This document shows positions 34,023 through 45,803 of a stretch of DNA of 64,000 nucleotides, one piece after another. The position numbers and the translations under genes are program-made. The notes under the pieces are model-generated. The model worked only from the letters and a program-made list of their open reading frames with translations, searched no databases and was not told where the DNA came from. Numbering within the stretch: the stretch's first letter is position 1; every line of letters begins with the position of its first letter. Origin of the DNA: Cladosporium halotolerans (Eukaryota); the NCBI RefSeq assembly GCF_011745625.1, contig NW_027191475.1:1-64000 (forward strand). Direction: 5' to 3'.

Positions 34023-37022
34023 CTACAATTCATCGTGCCCCCCCTGCTCACCCATTGCCTCCTTGACCTTTCTCAGAATCTCCTCCTCGCTCGGCATCTC
34101 GCCGTCCTCGCCGGGCTCCATCTTCACGATCTTCGGCCCGCTCTGCTCCGCCTCAGGCGCAGGCGTCTCCGCTTCATCGGCGGAAGAGGTCGAGGTGGAC
34201 TTGCCCTTCTTGCCGGCCTTGCTTGTTTTGCTCTTAGCCTTCTTGCTGCTCGACGAGGACTTGGGCTGACGGATCTTCTTCTGGACCAGCTCGAGCATCG
34301 CGTCGCTGAGTCGCGAAGCCTTGGCCTCGAGGTCCTTGATGGTGAGGACGGGGTCCTCGTGGGGCCTAAGCTTGTTCTGCGCGGTGGTCTTCTCGTCGAG
34401 CCAGGCGGAGACTTCGGAGTGGATTTTGCTGATGGAAGTAAGATCTTCGTTCGTGTAGGGGCTGAAGGCGGCCGGGGTGGTGGATGCCTTCGCGGATGAG
34501 GTTGTGGAGGTTTCCTCCTCGTCTTCGAGACCGTCCGAGTCGGGAGAGGCGGTGGTGGCAGAGGCCGCTGAGGACGCACTCTTGGATGCCTCCTCTTCGG
34601 CCTTCTGGACTTGCTCGCGGACGGTTTCCATGAGCTTGTTAGTCTGCTCCAGAGATTCCCTGAGAGCGCTGACCTTGCCTTCTCGGCCTTCGTTCTCGCT
34701 TCTACGCTGCTTGATGGGCTCGACGAGCTTCTTCAGAGCGCTCAGGCGGTCCTTGAAGACCTTCTCGGTGGCCTTGGCCATCTCCTTCGGCTCCTCCATC
34801 CAATCCCTAGTCTCAGTCAAGAGCTTAGAGACTTCTTCACGCTGCGCAGCAGTGCTGACAGGGCTGTAGTCGGAGTTGTCGAGGAAGTCGCGCACGTAGT
34901 AAGTGAAGCTCTCGAGGACATTGAGAGCCTCCTCGCGGGCGAAGCGAGCCTTGTCGCTCTTGTCGAAAGCAGCGAGGCGGTCACGCATACGCTTGGTCTC
35001 TTCAGGTGCGGGCTGGGGAAGGCCCTGAGTCGCGGTGGTGAAAGCGACGTTGATCGATTCGGTGCGCTTCTTCGGCTTCTCCGGGGCTGCCGACGAGGAT
35101 GCAGAAGCAGAAGACGAGGCTGACTCCGTTGTGGTCGAGGTCGCGCTGCTAGCCTCGACTTCCTCGGTGGTCTCGGTGCCATCCTCGCCCTGGAGCGGCT
35201 CCTGTTCGTTCTTCTTGCCGAACCCGAGCCAGCCCTTGACGCTGTCGCCGACGCTGCCACCCTTGGCGGCTTGATCAGTCTCACAGCTAACGCTACCCTG
35301 GACGACCTCAGGGATTCCATCAATGGCGCTAAGCCTTACGCTGAACTTGGTGCTCACGTCGTCCTTCTCGCAGCCGAAGCGGTCCTTAAGCGCGGCAACA
35401 GATGCGGTCAGGTTCGTGGTCTGAATTTTAGCGATAGCCTGGTCAAGCTCGCCGATATGCTGGTACAGGCCGAAATCGAAGTCGTCCTTGTTCTTGAAGC
35501 TGACCTGCTTAGTGCTCGCGCCGTTGCCCACAGGGCTGGTGGCAGTGAACAGACTCTGCCTCCTATCCTTGCCAGCATCCTTGAAAGTGATGCCTGCAGG
35601 GTAGCCGGCGACATCAGAATCGCGGATCTCCTTGACCTTAAAGCTGGGAGAGAGACCGGCGGCCTTGAAAGCCGCACCAAAGACGGCACTCTCATCAGCG
35701 TTGACATTGCTGCGGAGCTTCTCGCCCTTGCCGATGTACTCTTCGAGCTTACGCTGCACAAACGGGGTGCGAACGGCACCGCCGTGGAGGATGACGCTGT
35801 CGATGTCATCGATGGTCAGCTTAGCGGCGGCGAGAGCGTCCTTGAGCGGAGTAGCAACGCGGTCGGCGTAGTCAGACGCGAGAGCCTCGAAGTCCGCGCG
35901 AGTAAGCTTGGTCTTGAAGTCGATTTCGGGCAGCAGCTCCTCGAAGAAGCTGTGGGTGTCGGAGTTGGCGCTCAAGACGTGCCTAGCCTTCTCAGCGTCC
36001 TTCCAAACGCGGCCCATCAGACGTCCATTCTTGCCAATCTCCTCAGCCTGGATACCGCGGCTCTTCATGACCGGCTTGGTCAGGAACTTGTGAATGTAGT
36101 CATCCACAATCAGCTGGTTGAAGCTGTCACCTCCCATAGTCCTGTCCCAGCCCGTGCCCAGTACAGCCACCTCCTGTACAGTCTTGTTGTACTTGCCAAC
36201 GTCCTTGACTTTCCTTGATTGGAACCTCAGAACAGTCGCTGTGGTCGAGCCAGCGCCCATGTCAAAGACGACGTGCTGCTCAGGCTTGCCTCCATCGTTC
36301 ACAGTGGGGAAAGTCCTGCTCTTCGCGTAGTCCAATCCAACAGCGAGACCATCCGAAATCAGACCCATGACGTTCAATCCAGCGAGCTCCGCCGCCTTCT
36401 CGACGGCCCTCTTCTCGTCCGCCGTGTAGAAAGCAGGGACAGTAATCACGGCATCCTCAACCGCGTTACCCGCCATGCCCTCCGCGTTGCCTTTGACATT
36501 GCTCAGCTCCATCGCGAGCAACTCCTCCACGCTCCAAGGCTCTTCCTTCTCGTTGAACGCGCCGCTCTTGAAAACCGTCGTTCCCAGCTTTCCATCCTGC
36601 GTGACCTGCACAGCGGGATACCGGCTCTTGTAGCCCTGGACGGTCTCGCTCTGCTCTCCGTTCCAAGGCAGACCGAGAAGGGGCTTCAGGTTCGGGAAGA
36701 CCTCGCCGGGCATCCTGCCCTGCAGCGCCAGCGCGTCGCCTCCATATGCGCGCTCAGGGAAAGTTCCGAGCTCGGCGATGACATTGTTGGATGAGTCGCG
36801 GGTGGGCTTGAAGGCTACCGCGGCAGCTTCTTTGCGCTTCGAGTCTTTCGTGAGGACAATTTCAAGGGGAATGCCGGGTTTGACCAGGGATGCTTTGAGG
36901 TTGAGAGTTCCGAAGTCGAGACCGAGCACGGCGGCTGATGCGGAGGATGTGAAGAAGAACAGTAATGCGAGGACGATGTTCCAGGGTGACATCGTCCGCT
37001 GGCGGCCCGTGACCGGCGCCAT
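34023..37022 (-). CDS. LHS1: ER lumenal Hsp70-family nucleotide exchange factor (Lhs1/Grp170/HYOU1)
   Basis: Signal peptide; VLGLDFG..KASLVKPGIPLEIVLTKDSKRKE, VFDMGAGSTTA, LHGGAVRTPFVQ, NVNADESAVFGA; C-terminal HDEL. Confidence 0.96.
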   Translation of the reverse strand: MAPVTGRQRTMSPWNIVLALLFFFTSSASAAVLGLDFGTLNLKASLVKPGIPLEIVLTKDSKRKEAAAVAFKPTRDSSNNVIAELGTFPERAYGGDALALQGRMPGEVFPNLKPLLGLPWNGEQSETVQGYKSRYPAVQVTQDGKLGTTVFKSGAFNEKEEPWSVEELLAMELSNVKGNAEGMAGNAVEDAVITVPAFYTADEKRAVEKAAELAGLNVMGLISDGLAVGLDYAKSRTFPTVNDGGKPEQHVVFDMGAGSTTATVLRFQSRKVKDVGKYNKTVQEVAVLGTGWDRTMGGDSFNQLIVDDYIHKFLTKPVMKSRGIQAEEIGKNGRLMGRVWKDAEKARHVLSANSDTHSFFEELLPEIDFKTKLTRADFEALASDYADRVATPLKDALAAAKLTIDDIDSVILHGGAVRTPFVQRKLEEYIGKGEKLRSNVNADESAVFGAAFKAAGLSPSFKVKEIRDSDVAGYPAGITFKDAGKDRRQSLFTATSPVGNGASTKQVSFKNKDDFDFGLYQHIGELDQAIAKIQTTNLTASVAALKDRFGCEKDDVSTKFSVRLSAIDGIPEVVQGSVSCETDQAAKGGSVGDSVKGWLGFGKKNEQEPLQGEDGTETTEEVEASSATSTTTESASSSASASSSAAPEKPKKRTESINVAFTTATQGLPQPAPEETKRMRDRLAAFDKSDKARFAREEALNVLESFTYYVRDFLDNSDYSPVSTAAQREEVSKLLTETRDWMEEPKEMAKATEKVFKDRLSALKKLVEPIKQRRSENEGREGKVSALRESLEQTNKLMETVREQVQKAEEEASKSASSAASATTASPDSDGLEDEEETSTTSSAKASTTPAAFSPYTNEDLTSISKIHSEVSAWLDEKTTAQNKLRPHEDPVLTIKDLEAKASRLSDAMLELVQKKIRQPKSSSSSKKAKSKTSKAGKKGKSTSTSSADEAETPAPEAEQSGPKIVKMEPGEDGEMPSEEEILRKVKEAMGEQGGHDEL

Positions 37023-38702
37023 GATGTGGTGTGTAGTGTGCTGATCCTTTGGAAGTAAGTGTAGGGTCGGCGGTGTAGCGCTTCGCGGAAGGCTTTGGGG
37101 CGGATTCTAGTGCAGCATTGAGTCCCTTAGAGACTTTGCTTCAACTGTGGGTAAAAGAAAAAGGTCGCGACCTGACAGCCCAAGGCAGCAATCTGTGAGT
37201 CGTTTCACCAGGGGCGGTGGCAGTGATGTTGCAATGTGTCTTCTTGCCCACGGGCTGAGAGCTTTGAAGCGTTGGACCACCGATGCGGACTTTCTCGAGG
37301 GACATGACGCAGGCCAGCTGTCCGCTTTCAGGTAAATTCACTCCCTCCCCCACCAAACCAGCAAAGGGGAAGACAAATGTTATCAAAGGGGCAATGACCT
37401 TCCATGACGACTTGAAAAGTCGCGTACTCGTTTGGATTATCGAGTCCGAATGTCTACGGACGCGTTTCCATGAGGATGTCTGTTTTATGCCTTTCAAATG
37501 AATCGTACCTTGAATTCAATGAAGGCAAAGGCTGCAACGAAATTCGAACTGCAGTGCATTCACGATTCCATCGGCAACATACACACCCGGATGTGCATTT
37601 TCGGTTATTTTCTTCTTTGATCAGTTACACAAACCACCTCACGTGCCTGTTCAATCGGTGAAGCAGCGGCACATGCGCCGCCAAAGAAACATGACTTTCC
37701 GAGCGATCAGCGCATTCGGAGGCAGCGATCATTGCTAGTCCCGAGCACACGTACATAGAAGAACCTCTACGACGTCTTGGAAACCATGTCAAAGCAGCGC
37801 ACCAACCACGGTGCAGGCTCCAAATTTGTATCGAAGTCTCGAAACGGCATAGTTTCTGTTGCATCGGCCGCGGGCGGTTCGATTCAACGTCGATGGACGC
37901 GACCGTTTCGTAGCTCGAGACGACCGAGTGCACGTCAGACGGACGATTTCGTACTGCAGACGATGGCGGCCTCTTACAGTCATCCTTACGAGGAGAGAGC
38001 GCTTAATGTCACGGAGTACATGTACGAAGGTTCACGGGCGCTCCAGACCTTCAGGGATGAAATTCGAACTTGGCGAACTGATCTCGCGCCTTGTACCTGC
38101 AGATCGGGGTCGAGGGCTATTCCTGGCATCCCGGCGGAGCATCCCGTGTTGCTTTTGGAAGGCCGAAGACGGGGACGGTGGTGACCACGAAAGCGGGTTG
38201 GAACATATTGGATGTCTGTAGCTATTGAATGAATACAGGAACTGTTCAGAAATATAGTAATAGCCACGTCTATACCATGTTCTTTCTGTAAGGCAACCTG
38301 CGATGTCCTCGGCTTCGCCTCAAGCGGCGGCAAAGAGGTTTGGGCTAAGCTCCACAAAGCCACGCAACGAGCGAGCGACAGCGCGTGCGCGCCCGTCGCC
38401 GTTGATTATCTATCCCTGGCTGGCCCGTCGCGACCACGTCTCATGCCATTTCCCACTCAACACTACCCCGAACCGTGCGCAACTCCCCGCGCGACTATCC
38501 TCCTCATCTCCGCCACGCTCTTTCTCGCCGCCGGCGCCATCATCTGATTCCCAGCAGCCCCCCGAGTATGACAAGCCCTCAATAGCGCCGGCCGCTCAAC
38601 ATCCAACTCCCCGTCTGACCTCGAACATCCTCGACCCTCGGACTGGGACGCCTCGCGCGTGATAGACTCCGTTGCGCGGAAATCACATAGCACACGTGCG
38701 CC

Positions 38703-40050
38703 ATGGAGGACAAATACATCGGCCTCCTGCTCGCCGTCTGCTCGACGATCGGCATCGGCGCCAGCTTCGTTATCACAAAGAAGGGCCTCAACTCGGCCGC
38801 CGAACACCATGGCTTCGAAGGCGACGGCTTCGCCTACCTCAAGAACCCCATCTGGTGGCTTGGAATTGTCACTATGGTCATCGGCGAGATCTGCAACTTC
38901 AGCGCTTACGCCTTCGCGCCTGCAATCCTGGTCACGCCTTTAGGCGCGCTGAGCGTGCTTATTGGCGCGGTGCTAGGCAGCTATTTCTTGGGAGAGCAGC
39001 TGGGTATATTAGGAAGAGTTGGTTGCGCAATCTGCTTGATCGGCAGTGTGGTCATTGTGCTGCATGCGCCTCCGGATGACCCATTGGAGAACATCGACGA
39101 GCTGCTTGCTCACGCTCTGAATCCTGGTATGGCGGCTGCAATAGCTGGAGCATGAGGGACAATTGCTGACTACAAGCCAGGTTTTATGATCTACTGCGCG
39201 CTTGTCGCCATCTTCGCATTTGTGATGATCTACAAGATCTCGCCAGTGTACGGCAAGCGCAATCCTATGGTTTACCTCTCCATCTGTTCGACCGTCGGCA
39301 GCATTTCCATCATGGCGATCAAAGGCTTCGGCATTGCGCTCAAGCTCACCCTCGCCGGAAACAATCAATTCTCGCACCCGAGTACTTACGTCTTCGCGAT
39401 CGTAGTCGTCGTCTGCATTCTCACTCAGATGAACTACTTCAACAAAGCGCTCAGTCAATTCTCCACAAATATGTTAGTTGAAGAGCGAGCGTCGCACGCA
39501 AAATCAAAAACTGACAGTTCCTCCCAGCGTCAACCCCCTCTACTACGTAACCTTCACCACCTTCACCCTCGTCGCCTCCTTCATCCTCTTCCAAGGCTTC
39601 AACACCGTCGACACAAGCAACACGATCTCCCTCCTCTGCGGCTTCCTGACCATCTTCGCCGGCGTCTACCTGCTCAACCTGTCGCGCGAGGACCCCGATG
39701 GCGAAAAGCTCGGCATCCGCCAGGGCAACGGCTCCGGCGACGAGGCGCGTGGCCGCTACAGCGAGGTCGACGGCATACCCACGGACGGGCTGACGGGCCT
39801 CCAGACGCGCCTGAGCATGCAGAGCCGGCGCAGCGGCGACGAGGGCCACAGGCGCAGTTTGAGCTGGGGCCTGAGAAGTCCGGCTACGAGGGGCCCGCGC
39901 GCGACGTCCGGGGAGCATATGATGCATAGCTATGATGTTGAGGCGAACAACTTGGGCGATTTGGCGGAGGATTCGGATGAGGAGGATGGGAACGGCCGGC
40001 AGGGTCAGAAGGGCCTGATGAATGGCGGCAATGGGAAGGTGAGGATGTAG
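38703..40050 (+). CDS. NIPA-family (DUF803) magnesium transporter; introns 39127-39180 and 39473-39527
   Basis: MEDKYIGLLLA...GEICNFSAYAFAPAILVTPLGALSV...QMNYFNKALSQFSTN|IVNPLYYVTFTT. Canonical introns restore the frame. Confidence 0.94.
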
Positions 40051-41646
40051 ACGATCTGGGGAGATCAGATCTGGAATTGCGAGAGAGCGGGCTCTCGTCG
40101 AGGCGCTCTGGATGACTTCGCGGATACAACATCGTCGACGTCGCCAGCGCAACGCCGAAGAACGCTTTGCCATTTTACGGGTTGCGATCCGTGGCGCCGC
40201 AGAATACCACACTGGCCACAGCAGGCGCAGCGCCACCTGCCGAGCATCCGGTATGGAAATCATGTCCACCATCGGATACACAGCATCACGATGGAAGACG
40301 GCACGAGCAGAGAGAGCAGCTCAAAGCAACAACGCGAAGGAAAGAAAGAAGGAATCTTTTGTACATACATTGTCAGGTTTGGCACGGCGTTTACGGCAGC
40401 GCTCGACACGACCAGGGAAAAGAAACGGAGGGCATGGTGTCCGACGATCCTGCAGTGACGCATGATATTTCTAAAATCGCGAGGAGGAAGAGGACGTGGG
40501 GACAGGATTACCGTTGGGTTTGGTTTTTTCCACTCAGGAGCGGCCGAAAGGCTCACGCATGGCGCAAGACATCGGGTTGTTTTTATGGGCTGCTCTGTTT
40601 TGTTTTTATGCTTATTCGACATCATGTCGTCTCACGAGGCGATGTGCTCACAGCAGAGAATTCAAGGATTCCGCTGAAACTCCCTTGCGCGCTGTCTGAT
40701 TTCTTTCCTCCGTGATGCTAAGGTGCCTGTTCTTCAAGACCGGCTCCTGCGTTCGACCGCAATGCCGCTTCAAACTCGTCACGGCAGCGATCTAGTGAAA
40801 AACATCAACACGCATGCATTAAATCCGGTCCCGGACGCGCGCTGCAACGTTTCATCAGTGGAAAGAGCATGGCATGCGACGTACCCATCTCGTTCATATC
40901 CATCGGCTGGGTGGGTGAGGTACGGACTTGCCACGCAGAAACAGGTCTTCCTTTAAGAGGCCGGAGAGGCGTACCACTGGTCCGGCGGTGAATATCACAA
41001 TGGTAGATCATCCCTCCTTCCGGCACTACCCCCAAACTACGCACGCCCTTTCGCATATAATTACGAACAGCTTGCGGAGTTGTACCGCTTGGCACGGGAG
41101 ACTCTCGCTCCAGCGATCCGTTGACGGAAGTGCTTTCATTCGTGCTGAGATCAGGCACACTTAATGATCTTGCGAGACCGAGTATGAAGTCTGACGTGAA
41201 GCTCCGCTGATGGATAGAAAATCGTATCGAGATCCCTCCGTCGCAGATCGTCAAGCAGTCTCAAGAGAGATATTGCTTCGAGCGGCGTTTTGCGTTCTGC
41301 TCTTGTTCTCTCTGCATCCTACATTGCTCTCAGAAAATACTGTGGAAGCCGCAAAGCATGTCCTGTAGTACCTGCATCCAACCTGCAGCGATACGGTGGC
41401 ACGGGTCACGAACTCAGTATCGTGAGATGTGGCCGCTCGAAGGTCATCCTGTGCTCATCGATCCATGTGTGCCCTCTTTATCTATTCGACCCGGCCATCG
41501 GGTCGTCACAAATAGCTGAGACGGTCACATGTTGCATGCATTGAGAAGAAGACATGAGAGTTCCTGAAAATTCAATATCACGAACCAGAATAATCGCACA
41601 GGCTTTGGGTGAAAAGGTGCTGTCCAGTCAGCTGACTCTGAGCGCT

Positions 41647-42170
41647 GATTCGCTCGGATAGACCCGGCGCTAGCTCCGGGCTGTGTCAGTGAATTGTTCA
41701 ACATCACGTGACAAACGCCGATGCTTCTGTATCTGCCCATCTACTTCAACTCTGAAGCGCCATTGAATTACCTATTACTGGCTCAGCGACGTACGCCACT
41801 AGCGGTAGTCTCATCTCTCGTGAGATTTATGTCCCAGAGCGTATCATGTGTCTCCGTGAAGCGAATACAGACGTACATAAAAGTGCACAGCAGCCATTGC
41901 CCTCGGATTCTGCTACCGTGTCAAAACAGCATGATCGTGAGATGCAAATGCCCAGCTTCGATTGGCTCGGCTGAATCCGCCGCTAGCTACGGGCGGTGTC
42001 AGTGAATTCTAGATAGGAGCTCTCTCTCCAAACCGACGCAGGCGAGCGCAGCTAGGTACCGTCAACGTCGGAGTTCGCTATCTGAAAGTCGTCTGAGTGA
42101 GAAACATCAAAACAGAGTGCTGATTAGTCCGGCTGAAGCCGCCGCTAGCTGCGGGCGTGTTTGTGAACAG
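41647..42170. repeat. Three dispersed ~50-bp direct repeats, probably TE/LTR-terminus derived
   Basis: Copies at ~41647-41696, 41960-42009 and 42122-42170; consensus GATT.GCTCGGCTGAA.CCG.CGCTAGCT.CGGGC.GTGTCAGTGAA. Inverted partial CGCAGCTAG at 42046. Confidence 0.7.
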
Positions 42171-43457
42171 TGAAGTTTCGCTCTTGTGTCACGTGATGTT
42201 GCTTTTGAGCGATATATCATTTTCGCATGACGAGCGTCGTCCGCTATAGTCCAGGGCGCTGTTGTGCCAATGCCAGAGTACCGTTTATTCCCGTGCGAAC
42301 AACCATTTTTGCGATGATAACGCACCTGACCGAGAGTACTTGGTCACTACGTTGTCACCTAGTAATCAAAGGCACGAACGAGCCTCGACCATCGCCAGTA
42401 ATCACACGACGTCCAATGCCAGGAATGTTGCGATCCACGATACCTATACACAAGCAGAAGTCCCCTTCCTCACTTCCCTTCCAAACACAAATCCTCCACA
42501 CCCACCCACCCAACCTCCCGTCCCTCGAAACCGCCCCCTCGACTATCCCAAGAGCATAAGGTAGCAAACCCAGCTCCATCAAAGCCACAACCCTCATCCC
42601 CACCCCACCATCGCATGCCGTCGCCGCCGTCAGAGCATGATCAGAAACAATACCTTAGCGAACGGCAAGAAATCAAAGAGCGACAAATCATAAGCCACCG
42701 CGCGCAACCCGCGGAGCGAGCAAGCAAGCAGCACTGCACTGCCTCATCACTCCACTCCACTCCACTCCGCTTCGCATCCGCGGGACAGACCTTAACTCTG
42801 CTTGCTTGCTTGCCGGCAGCGCAGTGCCGTACAAGTAAAGTTGCGAGCGAACGCGCTAGGGATTTGGAATGAAAGCGTAGCTAGCTAAGGTAGATAGCGA
42901 GAGTTTCGAGCGTGGGCGAGCGGAGATGGCGTGATCGAAAAACGAGAGCGCAGCGGCAGCCTACAGAGACGGGTTTCGTGGAGTGAAGAAGGGTGTTGAC
43001 GAGTCGGGAGCGTGGTCGCCTGGTCACAGTTGAGGAAATACTATTAGGGTCCGAAGTAAAACCTGGTGAACAGAACGGAACGGAATGACATTGGTGCAAG
43101 CAAGTAGTACCGTAGCAAAGATTGAACACATATAAAGGGCAAGTAAATAAAAAAAAAACAAAACAATGCAATCCGTTATCTCTAGTTCTCACAACGCCTC
43201 GATGCCTAATGAGAAACAGAAGAAGCAAAAGCTTTCCGTCAACAAAAAACGCCCTTTCCCAGTTGTTCCTTCAAGATGTGATGGGGAGAATGGAAAGAGG
43301 AAATGGTTGCCGTATCCGTGGTGCCGATTTTGCTCGCGCTGAGCGTAGTATCCCAAACATGTGAAACAAGGTCCCTTTCAAAACAAAGCAGAGGCGCAAG
43401 TGTGGTTTTGGTGACAAGAGGAAGGAGAGGGTGAGAGCCACTGCACGCTCGGCTCGA

Positions 43458-45154
43458 TCATGCGTTCACTCGCCTGGCGGAGCTGTCGAGCTTGGAGAGC
43501 AGGACGTTCAGGTCGGAGGAGCAGTTGAATGAGGCAGGCGAGGCGGAGTAGTTCGAGGCAAGCAGGTCGGTTGGGCTGGGTCCCGTGGGCAGATCAGTGA
43601 CGGCGAAGGCGTTGACGCTTTGGTAGTTGAAGTTCATGGGTTGCTGCATGCCGTTGATGTTGAGTTTGCTGAAGTCGCCTTCAGGGATCATGGCGAGGCC
43701 AACGCGCTCGTTGTTCTGCGGCTGGGCGTTTGGGGTCGGGGTTGCCTGGGACTGCTGCTGGGGGATCTGAAGTTGGGAGGCGTCGAAGTTGAGGAACTCG
43801 GGCTTCACATCCTCCTGAGGGGCCTGAGGAGCTTGGTGCTGCTGAGGCTGGGGTTGCTGCTGTTGAGGGGTGGGCTGCTGAGGTGCGGGTGTAGGCTGGA
43901 CCTTCTGCTGGAGTTGAGAAAGACCGAGAGAAGACGGGTCGGCGCTGAGATCATTGAGGAAAGGGGTGAAGGCCGGGTGGCGAAGGAGAGTCTCAATGAG
44001 GCCACGGTAACGCTCGTTCTCCTGAAGGAGAGCGTTGTTCTCGTTGCGGAGGTTGTTGGCATCCTGGGTCTTGAGAGCAATCTCGCCTTCAAGCTGACCA
44101 ATGTATTCTACGAAAAGTTAGTATGTGGTCGGGAAAATGTGATACACAGTAAAGACATACCCTTTCTCCTAGAGCGGAAGGCACGAGCAGAGACCTTGTT
44201 TCTGAGCTGGCGACGTTCCTTGCTGGAGAGCTTCTTGCCCTCTTCGGAAGCGAGCAGGCGCTCGTCCTCGTCCATCTCCTCCTCGTCCTTCCTCATCCTA
44301 GCGATCTGGGGAAGGAGGTTGTCGGGCGAACCAGCATCGTCAGAAGCAGCGGTGCTGTTGTTGCGCATCTGGTTGAGAAGACGCGAGATGGACTCCTCGA
44401 CATGCGGTTCGGTGGCGTGCGAAGGTCGCTTGCCATTGCCATGGCTTTGCTGCTGAGCGGACGAGCCTTGGCTCTGGCTTTGGGCTGCATTGGCGGCTTG
44501 GCGGTACTGCTGTTGCTGCGCCTGCAGCTTCATCTGACGCTGTTGCATAGCCTGGGTTTGGGCTGCCTTTTGCATGGCAAGCTGCTGCGCCTGCTGAGAG
44601 TGCATGCCAGGCCAAAGGCGTCCAACGTTGCTAGGAGGCTCTTCTTGGCCACCGAGGGTGGTCGGGTTGACAAAGTTGGCAGAGGAAGCGTCGTTACCGT
44701 TGGCCGGGAAAAACATGGGCGGCGGCATGGCGGTCTGCTGGGGCTGGTTGAAGTCCATGCCCATCTCAGAGTCGATGTCGATGCCAGAAGACCAGCCATT
44801 GCCGAAGCCAGCCTCCATGTTCATGTCGATTCCAGAGTTGAAGCCATCCATCATCTGGGGCTGCATGGGCATGCTCTGGATGCTTCCGAGAGGGAGGCCG
44901 ACCTGCTGCTTGTACTGGGTGTAGTCGTGGCTAGGTCCGTTGAAGTGCTGGCGCTCCTCGGGCTGGTCGAAGGGCGAGAGGGAGTTCCAGTCCTGGTTTG
45001 CGGCCTGGGGAGTAGCATCGGGGCGAGAGGATGACGGGTTGATGGGCGAGGGCTGGGTGCCGCCCTGGTTGAAGTCGAAGAAGGAGTCCATGTCGAAGTT
45101 CTCGGTCTTGAGGGTAGGCCTGCTACCCATTGCACCGTACTGCTGAGCGGCCAT
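43458..45154 (-). CDS. bZIP transcription factor (LziP/ADA-1-like); intron 44108-44160
   Basis: EDERLLASEEGKKLSSKERRQLRNKVSARAFRSRRK|EYIGQLEGEIALKTQDANNLRNENNALLQENERYRGLIETLL (basic region + zipper); Q-rich activation segments. Confidence 0.92.
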
Positions 45155-45795
45155 GGAACGCGCGAGCGAGCTGTGAAGTGTGTCTTCGCTGTCGGAAGAT
45201 GCGACGGCGAGAGTTGTCAGGCGCTGGGAGCGTCACTGACGGCGGGTCGAGTCGTGGTCGTGACACCAAGCGTGGGCGGCCGCGGGAGAGCGATCGGTCG
45301 GGCGGTCGGGGGTGGTTCTTCCTCAGAGCCGGGCGTCGAGATGTCGGTAGCGAGCGACGGTCGTGATCTGGGTGCGATGATGGGTGTTGTGCGGGAGGTG
45401 TATGAGGCGGGTGTGGAGTGGGTGGTGGATGTTTGGAGATGCGAGGCAGCGAGAATGCGGAGGGTGCGACGGCGGCGGCCTGAGCGTGCTGGCTGCTGGC
45501 TGCCACACAGCGCGGCACAGTCGCTGGGGTGCTGCTGCCAAGGCCAGGGGGCGCAGCGGGCGAGTGAGGCCCACAGCGTCATCCACGGCTGCTCGGGGTG
45601 TCCTGCGCGCTGCTGCTGCTGCCCTCGCCGCTGCCCGAGCACGCCGCTGTTTCACCCGTGCAGCAAGCCGCCAATCGCGCGCCGCCGCGGCAAGGGAAGC
45701 GTCGGCCGGTCGGCGTTAGCGGGCCCGACGCTCACCGTCGCGCGGCGCCTGCCGTCATTCGCTCACTGACCTCGCGCTTCTTTTCTGCCTCGCAC

Positions 45796-45803
45796 GTCAC
45801 GTG
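45796..45803. promoter_or_regulatory. Perfect CDEI/E-box GTCACGTG upstream of the bZIP gene
   Basis: Exact 8-mer ~640 bp upstream of the ATG. A second exact GTCACGTG lies at 14598-14605 in the GH5/AIM32 divergent region. Confidence 0.3.

Noticed and set aside
35271..36794. Long antisense ORFs over LHS1 (likewise over GH5, DUS1, TIF6, EBP)
   Set aside because: These are shadow frames caused by the high GC3 codon bias of the real genes.
37141..38363. Short ORFs between LHS1 and NIPA as a gene or pseudogene
   Set aside because: They are fragmentary and unrecognisable and cannot be supported without a search.
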